From Candidatus Sericytochromatia bacterium (GTDB taxonomy: Bacteria; Cyanobacteriota; Sericytochromatia; S15B-MN24; UBA4093), in NCBI GenBank assembly GCA_036676985.1, contig JAKFBU010000025.1, forward strand, positions 1 to 57,973: a stretch of 57,973 nucleotides of DNA, written 5' to 3'. Below are positions 47,999 to 57,973 of the stretch, piece after piece. The first letter of the stretch is position 1, and each line of letters starts with the position of its first letter. A program made the translations under genes and the position numbers. A model generated the notes under the pieces. It ran no database searches and was not told where the DNA came from. It saw nothing but the letters and a program-made list of their open reading frames with translations.

Positions 47999-49750
47999 TT
48001 AGATCTTGACCAGACCCTTGTAGACCAGGCCCCGGATGGGGTCGATGGTGATGCAGGCGCCGTCCTCGATCTTCTCGATCGGGTCCGTGCCCAGGATGAC
48101 GGGCTTGCCGAGCTCCATCGAGACGAGCGCCGCATGGGAGGTGAGCCCGCCCGCGGCGACGACCGTGCCGGCCGCCACCTCCATGCTGGGCGTCCACTCG
48201 GCGTCGGTCTGATGGCAGACGAGGATGTCCCCCTTCTCGACCTTTTGCCGGGCCTCGGCCGGCGTGCGCGCCATGCGGGCGATGCCGCTGATGGCCCGCT
48301 GGCCGAGCCCCATGCCCCGGGCGATGATCGAGGTGATGACCTCCACCTTGATGGAGTTGGTGGTCCCGGGCTCGCCCATGGGCACGCCCGCCACCATGAT
48401 GGCGAGGTCCCCCGGCGTGAGGATGCCCGTGCTCGTCGCGCACTCCACCGCGTCGTTGAAGAGCGCCTCGATGTCGTCGTTCTGCGGGATGTGCATGGGC
48501 ACCACGCCCCACAGGAGGGCCATCTGGCGACAGACTTCCTCGTTGCACGAGGCCGCGATGATCGGGCAGGTGGGCCGGTACTTGGAGACGTGCCGCGCGC
48601 TCGATCCCGAGAACGTGGCCGTCACGATGGCGGCTGCGTTGAGCTCCGGCACCATGCGGGTCGCCGCGTGGGCGATCGCATCCTGCACCGGCCGCTGGTA
48701 GTGCTCCTCGAGCTCGGGACGCTCGGTGGGCTTGACGTTGCGCTCGACCTGCATGGCGATGCGCGCCATGGTCTCGACCGCCTCGAGGGGATACGAGCCC
48801 GCCGCCGTCTCGTTGGAGAGCATGACCGCGTCGGTGCCGTCCAGGATGGCGTTGGCCACGTCCGAGGCCTCCGCGCGGGTCGGGCGCGGGTTGTGGATCA
48901 TGGAGTCGAGCATCTGGGTGGCCGTGATGACGGGCTTGCCCGCCAGGTTGCAGGCCCGGATGATCTGCTTCTGGACCAGGGGCACGTCCTCGACCGGGAT
49001 CTCGACGCCCAGGTCGCCGCGGGCGACCATGACGCCGTCCGCGACGCCCACGATCTCGTTGAGGGCCTGCACGGCCTCACGCCGCTCGACCTTGGCGATG
49101 ACGGGAGTGCGGGCTCCTTGCCGGGCGAGGAAGTCCTTGACCTCGAGCACGTCGGCCGCCTGCTGGACGAAGGAGGCCGCCACCATGTCGACGCCCATCT
49201 TGACGCCGAACACGAGGTCCGCCTTGTCCTTGTCGGTCAGGATCGAGATCTTGAGGGGCGATCCCGGGAAGTTGACCCCCTTGCGGGGCTTCAGGGGGCC
49301 GCCCACCATGACGCGGGTCACGAGCATCTCGGGCTTGACCTCGACCACCTGGAGCTCCAGGAGGCCGTCGTCCAGGAGGATCCTGCGGCCGGGCTGGATG
49401 TCCTCGGTGAGGCGCGGATAGCTGACGGAGGCCATCTGCTCGTTGCCCTCGAGGGACTGGGTCGTCAGGATGAAGGTCTGGCGGGGCACCAGGGTGACCT
49501 GGCCACCCTTGATGTCCCCCACCCGGATCTTCGGGCCCTGGATGTCCTGCAACAGGGCGACGTGCCGGTCGAGCTCCTTGGCGATGCGCCGGACTCGCTC
49601 GATGTTCGCCTGGTGCGTGTCGTGGGTCCCGTGCGAGAAGTTGAGCCGAAAGACGTCCACACCCGCCTGGATCAGGCGGCGGACGACCTCGTCACTGCTC
49701 GAGGCGGGACCGAGGGTGGCGACGATCTTGGTACTTTTGCGCGCTTCCAT
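47999..49750 (-). CDS. pyk: pyruvate kinase with C-terminal PEP-utiliser domain
   Basis: TKIVATLGP, RLNFSHG, MVARGDLGVE, ATQMLDSM; TSHAA. Confidence 0.97.
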   Translation of the reverse strand: MEARKSTKIVATLGPASSSDEVVRRLIQAGVDVFRLNFSHGTHDTHQANIERVRRIAKELDRHVALLQDIQGPKIRVGDIKGGQVTLVPRQTFILTTQSLEGNEQMASVSYPRLTEDIQPGRRILLDDGLLELQVVEVKPEMLVTRVMVGGPLKPRKGVNFPGSPLKISILTDKDKADLVFGVKMGVDMVAASFVQQAADVLEVKDFLARQGARTPVIAKVERREAVQALNEIVGVADGVMVARGDLGVEIPVEDVPLVQKQIIRACNLAGKPVITATQMLDSMIHNPRPTRAEASDVANAILDGTDAVMLSNETAAGSYPLEAVETMARIAMQVERNVKPTERPELEEHYQRPVQDAIAHAATRMVPELNAAAIVTATFSGSSARHVSKYRPTCPIIAASCNEEVCRQMALLWGVVPMHIPQNDDIEALFNDAVECATSTGILTPGDLAIMVAGVPMGEPGTTNSIKVEVITSIIARGMGLGQRAISGIARMARTPAEARQKVEKGDILVCHQTDAEWTPSMEVAAGTVVAAGGLTSHAALVSMELGKPVILGTDPIEKIEDGACITIDPIRGLVYKGLVKI

Positions 49751-49753
49751 CCG

Positions 49754-51338
<1,585 letters not shown>

Positions 51339-51385
51339 GGAGCGTCCCGCCTCCCTGTCTGGTATGAGCCGATGTCTCGGCGTAT

Positions 51386-51463
51386 GAGCACCTGGCAAAA
51401 CCAGGCATGGGTCACCGATGGCCGCCTTTCGGCGGCTAGACGGAACAGCTTTGTCAGGCGCTC
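51386..51463. mobile_element. 78-bp MITE-like element, copy 2
   Basis: GAGCACCTGGCAAAACCAGGCATG...TTTGTCAGGCGCTC; same length as the copy at 29926. Confidence 0.7.
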
Positions 51464-51577
51464 TAACCTTGCTTCAATCTTGACCTTTGGTCCAATCGGG
51501 AGTTCCATTTTGCCGGGAACCCCCCAAAGATGCAAGCGAGCCTTGTCTCGGAAGGAGGCCCGTTGGCGGAGCGAGGC

Positions 51578-52468
51578 ATGGTCAGGGTGCGGTTGCACGG
51601 GCTATGGGCCTTCGGCCGGGACGTCCTCAGGGAGTTCGGCCGGGACCAGTGCCCGTTCCTGGCGGCAGGCGTCTGCTACTTCGTCGTCTTCTCCTTCTTT
51701 CCGCTCGTCCTGGGGACCATCTCGATCCTAGGCTACGTGGTCTCGCCCGAGTGGGCCATGGCCCAGATCCACGAGGCCCTGGGCAAGGCCGTGCCGTCGC
51801 AGCTCACCTTTGTGCGCGACCTCATCGAGCAGGTGGTGGCCGCCCGCGGCCCGAGCGGCTTGGCCGCCCTCGTCCTGCTCTTGTGGTCCGGCAAGGGCGT
51901 GTTCATGAGCCTCGGCGAGGCGCTCGACATCATCTGGAACTCCCACGAGCCGATCGGGTTCAAGGAGAACCTCCGCCGCAACGCCGTGGCCCTGGTGCTC
52001 GCCCTGGGCCTGGGCGGAGCCGTCGTGGCCCTGTCCATCCTGTACTGGGGCCTCACGATCGTCCTGACCTACGAGATCCCGGTCCTGCACTTACGGGCCG
52101 CGGACTTGCCCGCCGTTCTCTGGCTCCTGTCCAACGTCTTGCCGATCGTGCTCGTGGGAGCCGGCCTCGTCCTGGTCTACCGGATCATGCCGATGCGACA
52201 CCTGCCGGTCCCCGCCATCCTGGTGGGAGCTGCGAGTGCGGCGGTCATGTGGGAGGTGAGCCGTCGCCTGTTCAGCGTCTATTTGGAGCACTTCGGCCGG
52301 TTTTCGACGGTCTACGGTCCCCTGAGCGGCATCATCGCCTTCATGCTGTGGGGCTACGTCTCGGCCATGATCTTTCTGGTCGGCGCGGAGATCGCGGCCC
52401 GCTACGCCCACGTCAAGACGCTCGGCCCGGGGCAGGAGACGTCCGACAAGTCGCCATCCGCGCGTTGA
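51578..52468 (+). CDS. YihY/BrkB family membrane protein
   Basis: LAAGVCYF..FS.FP, YGPLSGII..MLW.Y.SA.I.LVGAE. Confidence 0.92.
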   Translation: MVRVRLHGLWAFGRDVLREFGRDQCPFLAAGVCYFVVFSFFPLVLGTISILGYVVSPEWAMAQIHEALGKAVPSQLTFVRDLIEQVVAARGPSGLAALVLLLWSGKGVFMSLGEALDIIWNSHEPIGFKENLRRNAVALVLALGLGGAVVALSILYWGLTIVLTYEIPVLHLRAADLPAVLWLLSNVLPIVLVGAGLVLVYRIMPMRHLPVPAILVGAASAAVMWEVSRRLFSVYLEHFGRFSTVYGPLSGIIAFMLWGYVSAMIFLVGAEIAARYAHVKTLGPGQETSDKSPSAR

Positions 52469-52548
52469 CGCTCGTCCCATGCGTCGTTACATTTGGGACC
52501 AACAGGACATGATCGAGCCACCAGGCCGTTCGGAAAGCGAGGGTAGCG

Positions 52549-53385
52549 ATGGCGCTCAAGGCGATGCGGGAACTCCCCGACTACGTGATGGCCCCGGGCT
52601 CTCCCGACGTGGAGGGCTGGCAGGTCCATGACCGGAACCACCAGGTGGTGGGCACGGTCGTGGACCTCATCGTCGACACCCGCGGCGACGAGGTCCGCTA
52701 CCTGGCGGTCCAGCAGACGGACGGCCGCACCGTGCTCCTGCCCATGGGTGATCTGGACCTGGACGAGAGCCGGGGCGTCATCCGGTCCGTGACCCGGACC
52801 CGCGAGGAGCTGTCGGACCTGCCCGTCTACACGCCGCCGTCCCTCACGCCCGAGGTCGAGGAGCGCTACTACGTCCTCTTCCGGCGCGAGGAGCCGATAG
52901 GCGCCGCGGACATGTCCCCCCTCGACTACCGGATCCCGCCCTTCCGGGCGCGCGGCGAGCGCATGGAGAGCCTGGTGCGCGGGCCCCAGCGTACGACCGG
53001 GACGCGCGTGCCGATCGAGCGCGGCGAGCCGGCCCAGCCGACCCGCCGCGAAGGGCGACTGGAGCGGCGAGCCGGGCGCGACGAGGGGCTCGAGCAGCGG
53101 CTGGAAGACCGCATGGAGCGGCGTGGGGAGCGGCGGGCGGAACGCTTGGAGGCCCGTGAGAGCCGACCGTCGGGCCCCGTGAAGGGCATGCCCGGGGAGA
53201 AGCCGGGGCTCTTCGCCGCCCAGGAGCCGTGGGTGATGGCCGACCAGTCCGAGGATCCGGCCGTCCGCGAGGAGTTCGACCACCTCGGCCCCGACGCGGA
53301 TCGCGAGGTCCTCTGGCAGTCCGAGCAGCCCGGAATGCGGTCCGCCCTGGGGGTCTCCCAGGATCTGCCCGAGGAGAAGCCCTAG
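52549..53385 (+). CDS. PRC-barrel domain protein with charged tail
   Basis: DVEGWQV.D....VGTV.DLIVD....VRYL. Confidence 0.8.
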   Translation: MALKAMRELPDYVMAPGSPDVEGWQVHDRNHQVVGTVVDLIVDTRGDEVRYLAVQQTDGRTVLLPMGDLDLDESRGVIRSVTRTREELSDLPVYTPPSLTPEVEERYYVLFRREEPIGAADMSPLDYRIPPFRARGERMESLVRGPQRTTGTRVPIERGEPAQPTRREGRLERRAGRDEGLEQRLEDRMERRGERRAERLEARESRPSGPVKGMPGEKPGLFAAQEPWVMADQSEDPAVREEFDHLGPDADREVLWQSEQPGMRSALGVSQDLPEEKP

Positions 53386-54677
53386 CGCGCGACGGAGATC
53401 GTCACATCCTCGGGTCGTGCGGGCTCCAGGACGTAGCGGGCCGCGTTGAGTCCGGCCACCCAGCCCGTGGACCAGGCGGCCTGCAGGTTGTAGCCGCCGA
53501 TGTAGCCGTCCACGTCCAGGACCTCTCCCGCCCAGTAGAGCCCGGGCACGAGCTTGGAGGCCATGGTCTTGGGCTCGATCTCCTTGAGGTCCACGCCCCC
53601 GGCTGTCACCTCCGCCACCTCCTTGGAGAGCGGGCAGATCATGGGCAGGCGCCACCGGAAGAAGGTCTCCAGGAGGCGCTGGCGCTCGGTGCGCGTCACC
53701 TCGGAGACTCGCTTGTCGCCGGGCGCCCCCGCGGCCGCCAGGAAGGCGGAGATGAGCTGCTCGGGCAGGCGCTCCTTGAGGGCGTCCGCGAGGGTGGCCT
53801 TGGGGCGGGCCTCCCAGTCGCGGCGTAGCCCCGCGTCCAGCTGCTCGCGGTCCAGGGCGGGCTTGAGGTTGAGCCAGAATTCGACTTGTTTTCCCTCCTT
53901 CTGGGCCACGACCGCATGGCGGCTCAGGTAGAGGATGATGGCGCCCGTGATGCCGAAGTGCGCGAAGCGCATCTCGCCGCGCCGGGTCAGGAGGGCCTTG
54001 CCGTCGGCTGCGACCGTCGCCTCGACGTTCTTGAGCTCGAGGCCCGCGAGATCCTTGACCCCCGGCACCTTGATGGGCACCAGGGCCGGGAAGGGATCGA
54101 CCACTCGGTGGCCGACCTCGCGCGCCATGGAGTAGCCGTCGCCCGTCGAGCCCGTGCCCGGGAAGGACTGGCCGCCGACCGTCACGATGAGGGCGTCGGC
54201 CGGAACGACCTCGCCCGTCTTGAGTCTCAGGCCCGTGACGGCCCCGTCCTCGAGCACCACCGACTCGCCGGGGGCCTCGAGGCGGATGGTCACGCCCAGG
54301 CGGGTGCACTCCTTGACCAGCGCGTCCACCACGTCCGTGGACAGGTCCGACTGGGGGAAGATGCGGCCGCCGCGATCGCGCTTGGTCGGCAACCCGATGG
54401 CCTCGAAGAAGCGGACGGTGTCCTGGGTGTCGAACTGCGAGAGCTGGCTCCAGAGGAACTTGCCTCCGCCCGGGTACTGCTGGACGAGCTCCTTGAGGTT
54501 GGTCTCGGCGTTGGTGATGTTGCAGCGGCCCTTGCCCGAGATGATGACCTTGTAGCCGATGCGCTTGGTCTTCTCGAGCAGGGTGACGCTCGCTCCGGCG
54601 CGCGCGGCGGCGATCGCGGCCATCAGGCCGGCGCCGCCGGCGCCGACCACCACCACCCGGGCGTTTCCTTTGGTCAT
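53382..54677 (-). CDS. HI0933/BaiN family flavoprotein
   Basis: GAGGAG, SGKGRCNITN, GSTGDGY, TAGGV, GGYNLQAAWSTG. Confidence 0.93.
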   Translation of the reverse strand: MTKGNARVVVVGAGGAGLMAAIAAARAGASVTLLEKTKRIGYKVIISGKGRCNITNAETNLKELVQQYPGGGKFLWSQLSQFDTQDTVRFFEAIGLPTKRDRGGRIFPQSDLSTDVVDALVKECTRLGVTIRLEAPGESVVLEDGAVTGLRLKTGEVVPADALIVTVGGQSFPGTGSTGDGYSMAREVGHRVVDPFPALVPIKVPGVKDLAGLELKNVEATVAADGKALLTRRGEMRFAHFGITGAIILYLSRHAVVAQKEGKQVEFWLNLKPALDREQLDAGLRRDWEARPKATLADALKERLPEQLISAFLAAAGAPGDKRVSEVTRTERQRLLETFFRWRLPMICPLSKEVAEVTAGGVDLKEIEPKTMASKLVPGLYWAGEVLDVDGYIGGYNLQAAWSTGWVAGLNAARYVLEPARPEDVTISVAR

Positions 54678-54680
54678 GGG

Positions 54681-54968
54681 TTACTCGCTGAGGATGCGCG
54701 GCACGCGGAACATGCCCGCCTCGGCGGCGGGTGCGTTCTGGAGCACCTCTTGCTGGCTCAGCGACGGGCGGGCCGCGTCGGAGCGCAGGACGTTGGCCAG
54801 GGGCAGGGCATGGGCCGTGGGCTCCACGCCCGCGGTGTCGACCGCGGCGAGCTGCTCGACGTAGCCGAGGATGGCGCCGAGCTGCTCGGTGAGCTGGGTT
54901 TCCTCGGCCTCCGAGAGCTCGAGCCGGGCGAGCTTCGCCACGTGGTGGACCGTGTCGCGGGTGATCAT
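54681..54968 (-). CDS. gatC: Asp/Glu-tRNA amidotransferase subunit C
   Basis: VHHVAKLARL, VDTAGVEPT, NAP...FRVPRI. Confidence 0.95.
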   Translation of the reverse strand: MITRDTVHHVAKLARLELSEAEETQLTEQLGAILGYVEQLAAVDTAGVEPTAHALPLANVLRSDAARPSLSQQEVLQNAPAAEAGMFRVPRILSE

Positions 54969-54981
54969 GGCATTCTCCAAC

Positions 54982-56400
54982 CTAGAGCCCCGCCACTGCC
55001 GCGAGGAGGGGCTGCCAGAGGGCATGGGGCATCAAGAACAGCAGCAAGGATCCTACCGCCCCGACGGCCGCGACGGCAAGCAGGTGAGGGCGGACGGTGA
55101 CGGGCTCCGCTATGGGTGCCCCCTCGAAGAAGGCCAGGCGCACGGGCCGCAAGAGGGCGTAGCCGAGCACCACGGCGCTGACGGCCGCAAGCGCCACGAG
55201 CCACACGAGCCCGTAGGCCATCGCGGCGTTCGCGTAGGCGACGACGCCCTTGAAAAGCAGGATCTTGCTCCAGAAGCCCGCCACGGGCGGCAGGCCCGCG
55301 AGCCCCAGGCACGCAACCAGCAGGACCGCCGCGAGCCACGGCGACCGGCCGAAGAGGCCCGCAAGATCGGTGAGGCGCTCGGCGCCGACGGCCTGGAACG
55401 CCGCCACGAGCGCCAGGAGCGCGAGGCCGGTGGCGATCGCCGCGAACAGCACCGCCGCCATGGCATCCGAGCTGGTGTCGGGGTGTGCGATCGCCAGCAG
55501 GCCCAGCGACCAGAAGCCCACCTGCGTCATGGCCGCAAAGGCCAGAAGGCGCTTGAGCTGCGTCTGGGCGAGGGCCAGGAGCGGTCCTATCACCAGCGTG
55601 AGCACGCACACGACGACCAGGAATGGCGCCCAGAGGTCCCGTGCGGCGGGCAGGGCGTCGTGCAGGACGCGCATGAGGGCGACCGCACCCGCAAAGAGGG
55701 GCACGGTCAGCCAGTAGGCCTGCTGGGTGCCCGAGGCCTCCAGGGTGTCCGGATAGGGGGCGTGGAAGGGCACCAGGGCCATCTTGCCCGCGAGGCCCGC
55801 GGTGACGAGCAAGGCGCCGAGCAGCATGGGGCCGTTGGTAGTGGTGCCCAACTGGGCGAGCTCGCGCGAGATCGCGCCGAGGTCCGTGGTGCCCCCGAGG
55901 CCGTAGAGCAGCGTGGCGCCGAAGAGGAAGGTCGCGGACAGGGCCGCCCCGAAGAAGAAGGTCTTGATCCCGCCCTCGGCAGACCGAGCGGTCGGGGCCA
56001 TTAGCCAGAGGCACGCGGGCAGCGCCATGAGCTCGAGCCCCGCGTAGAGCATCAGGAGGTCCGTGGCCGCGGGCAGGAGCATGGCGCCCGAGAGGCTCAG
56101 AAGCATCAAGGCGAGCGAGCGGCCGCCCTTGATGCCTTCGGGCAGCTCGTCCTGGTAGAGGGTCACGACGGCGGCGGCACCCAGCAAAAGGACCGTGCGG
56201 CCGAAGACGGCGAACCCGTCCAGGCGCAGGACGTCCAGGACCGTTCCGGTACCGGCGCCCGAGAGGTAGCTGCCCAGCTGCATGCCGGCGATGGCGACCA
56301 GGGCGTAGGCGGCGACGAGGCCGGTCTGCCGGCGTACGAAGAGGAGCCCGCCGATCAGGACGAGGAGGGCGAGATCCGGAAGCAACAGACGCAGATCCAT
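54982..56400 (-). CDS. nuoN: NADH-quinone oxidoreductase subunit N
   Basis: DLLMLYAGLE, SAEGGIK, GKMALVPFH, GLPPVAGFWSK. Confidence 0.85.
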   Translation of the reverse strand: MDLRLLLPDLALLVLIGGLLFVRRQTGLVAAYALVAIAGMQLGSYLSGAGTGTVLDVLRLDGFAVFGRTVLLLGAAAVVTLYQDELPEGIKGGRSLALMLLSLSGAMLLPAATDLLMLYAGLELMALPACLWLMAPTARSAEGGIKTFFFGAALSATFLFGATLLYGLGGTTDLGAISRELAQLGTTTNGPMLLGALLVTAGLAGKMALVPFHAPYPDTLEASGTQQAYWLTVPLFAGAVALMRVLHDALPAARDLWAPFLVVVCVLTLVIGPLLALAQTQLKRLLAFAAMTQVGFWSLGLLAIAHPDTSSDAMAAVLFAAIATGLALLALVAAFQAVGAERLTDLAGLFGRSPWLAAVLLVACLGLAGLPPVAGFWSKILLFKGVVAYANAAMAYGLVWLVALAAVSAVVLGYALLRPVRLAFFEGAPIAEPVTVRPHLLAVAAVGAVGSLLLFLMPHALWQPLLAAVAGL

Positions 56401-56413
56401 GTGAGCGCCTCTC

Positions 56414-57880
56414 CTACAGGCCGATGAGCGGCAAGAAGGTCGTGGCGAAGGACTCCACGGCCTGGAGCGCCACGATCGGGAAGACACCGAGCATCAGGGC
56501 AGTCAAGAGGAGCAGGCCCACGGGCAGCCCCTCCTGGGTCCCGAGGTCGGAAAGGCCCTTGAACTGCGGGGATGCGAGGCCCAAAGCGAGCGACCGGCCG
56601 GTCATGAGCAGGGACCAGGCAAGGCCCGCCCATGCCAGCAATGCGATGACACCCACGGCGGGCTGGCTCGCGAAGAGGCCGGGCACGAGGGCGGCCCGGG
56701 GGTAGCCCGCGAAGAACGGCAGCACCAGGCCCAGGCTGAAGGCGACGATGACCGCGATCCGCAAGCGGGGCAGCAGGCGGGTCAGGCTCGAGAGGTCGGG
56801 CAGCTTCCAGCTTTCCCCCCGGCCTGCGAGCACGCCCGAGAGCAGGAACAGCAGGGGCACGAGCGCGGCATGGGCCATGAGGGCGAAGGTCGCCCCCTTG
56901 ATGCCGGGGGCCTGGAAGGTCGCAAGACCCGTCACGACAAGCCCCAGGATGCCCATGGAGGTGAAGGCGAGGGTGCGGCGCAGGTCCGTCTGGACGATGG
57001 CGCCCCAGGCGGCATAGAGCGCGGTGACCAGGCCCAGGAAGGTGAGGAGGGGGGCCATGACCTGGGCCGGGCCCGGCATGATCCCGAAGCCGAGGCGCAT
57101 GAGGTCGTAAACGGCGAGCGTCCCCAAGAGGCCCGTGACCATGGTCGTCACCGACAGGGGGGCTGCTTCGGCCGCATCCGCATGCCAGGTGTGGAAGGGG
57201 AAGAGCGGCGCCTGAACGACGAAGCCCGCGCAGAGCGTGAGAAAGAGCGGGATCTGGAGGGCCATGGGGGCCACCGCCGCGGGGTGACTCGGCAGCATGA
57301 CCGTCAGGTCCGCGTTACTGCCGTTGAGCATGTAGAGCGCTACGCCGGAGCCGAACGTCAAGGCCTGCCCGATGCCCACCATGAGCCAGGCCTTCATGCC
57401 GGCGTATTGGCGCCGTGCGCCGCCCCATAGGCCCGTCAGGAAGTAGGCCAAAAGCAGCGCCGCCTGCCAGGCCATGAGCAAGAGGAACAGGTCCTGTGCA
57501 GCGAACGCCAGGATGAGAGCGGAAAGCAGGCTCAGCAGCAGGCCGAAGTGGAGCCGGGCCCGCTCCTGGACGTCCCAGGCCGCAAGCACGCTCGCGAGGC
57601 CCACCAGGCTCGTCACCACCAGCAGGCCCATGGAATAAGCGTCCGCCCCGACCTGGTAACGAATGCCCAGGCCAGGCAGCCAGTCGATCTTGTCCACGAG
57701 CTGGGTGGCGCCGGCCGGGTCGAGGCCGAAGGCGGCGGCTAGCCCCGTGACGACCGTCGCGATGCCCGCGAACGACGCGAGCCAGCGGGCCATGCGGGAC
57801 TGGTCGGGGGGCAACAGGGCGATGAGGGCCATGCCGACGAGGGGGAGGAGGACCATGAGGGTCAGGTAACCGGGCATCAC
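56414..57880 (-). CDS. nuoM: NADH-quinone oxidoreductase subunit M, divergent
   Basis: WLPGLGIRYQVGAD, WGG.RRQYA..K, PLFPFHTW..DA; precedes nuoN. Confidence 0.8.
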   Translation of the reverse strand: MMPGYLTLMVLLPLVGMALIALLPPDQSRMARWLASFAGIATVVTGLAAAFGLDPAGATQLVDKIDWLPGLGIRYQVGADAYSMGLLVVTSLVGLASVLAAWDVQERARLHFGLLLSLLSALILAFAAQDLFLLLMAWQAALLLAYFLTGLWGGARRQYAGMKAWLMVGIGQALTFGSGVALYMLNGSNADLTVMLPSHPAAVAPMALQIPLFLTLCAGFVVQAPLFPFHTWHADAAEAAPLSVTTMVTGLLGTLAVYDLMRLGFGIMPGPAQVMAPLLTFLGLVTALYAAWGAIVQTDLRRTLAFTSMGILGLVVTGLATFQAPGIKGATFALMAHAALVPLLFLLSGVLAGRGESWKLPDLSSLTRLLPRLRIAVIVAFSLGLVLPFFAGYPRAALVPGLFASQPAVGVIALLAWAGLAWSLLMTGRSLALGLASPQFKGLSDLGTQEGLPVGLLLLTALMLGVFPIVALQAVESFATTFLPLIGL

Positions 57881-57888
57881 TCGCTCCT

Positions 57889-57973
57889 TTAGCGGCCGAA
57901 CGCGCCGAAGATGCCGAAGAGCGTGTCGGGCACGCGCAGGATGTACCAGATGCCGAACCCGACGAGGAAGGCC
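57889..57973 (-). CDS. 3' end of a membrane protein, probably NuoL
   Basis: ...AFLVGFGIWYILRVPDTLFGIFGAFGR* immediately upstream of nuoM. Confidence 0.5.
   Translation of the reverse strand, partial: AFLVGFGIWYILRVPDTLFGIFGAFGR

Noticed and set aside
53040-53165. Repetitive ERR/LE codon pattern in the PRC-barrel gene
   Set aside because: Low-complexity charged helix at the protein level, not a DNA repeat array

Overview
GC-rich bacterial chromosomal window with about 55 genes. No tRNA, rRNA, CRISPR array or transposase was recognised. An RpaB-like regulator, a cyanobacterial-type GlpX, a CcmP-like shell protein and no photosynthesis genes suggest (inference) a non-photosynthetic relative of Cyanobacteria such as Sericytochromatia. 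Housekeeping blocks: eno-pyk-glpX, a nuoM-nuoN-gatC run, wbpA/B/D/E/I-type UDP-diacetamido-uronic acid synthesis, CBS-CGL transsulfuration, malQ, a MoxR/DUF58/transglutaminase pair and ABC transporters. Most notable: (1) a hidden UGA-recoded ArsC/Spx-family selenoprotein (UxxC plus a SECIS-like hairpin) in an operon with a lone CcmP-like tandem BMC shell gene; (2) an abutting gene pair encoding a polymorphic-toxin-like HYD1-type ADP-ribosyltransferase and a signal-peptide-bearing RelA/SpoT-like protein; (3) a NuoM that appears to lack the conserved proton-pumping Glu/Lys residues; (4) several small ORFs missing from the ORF track, a self-contained short transcript and three families of intergenic repeats. 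All family calls come from motif recognition by eye, not database searches.
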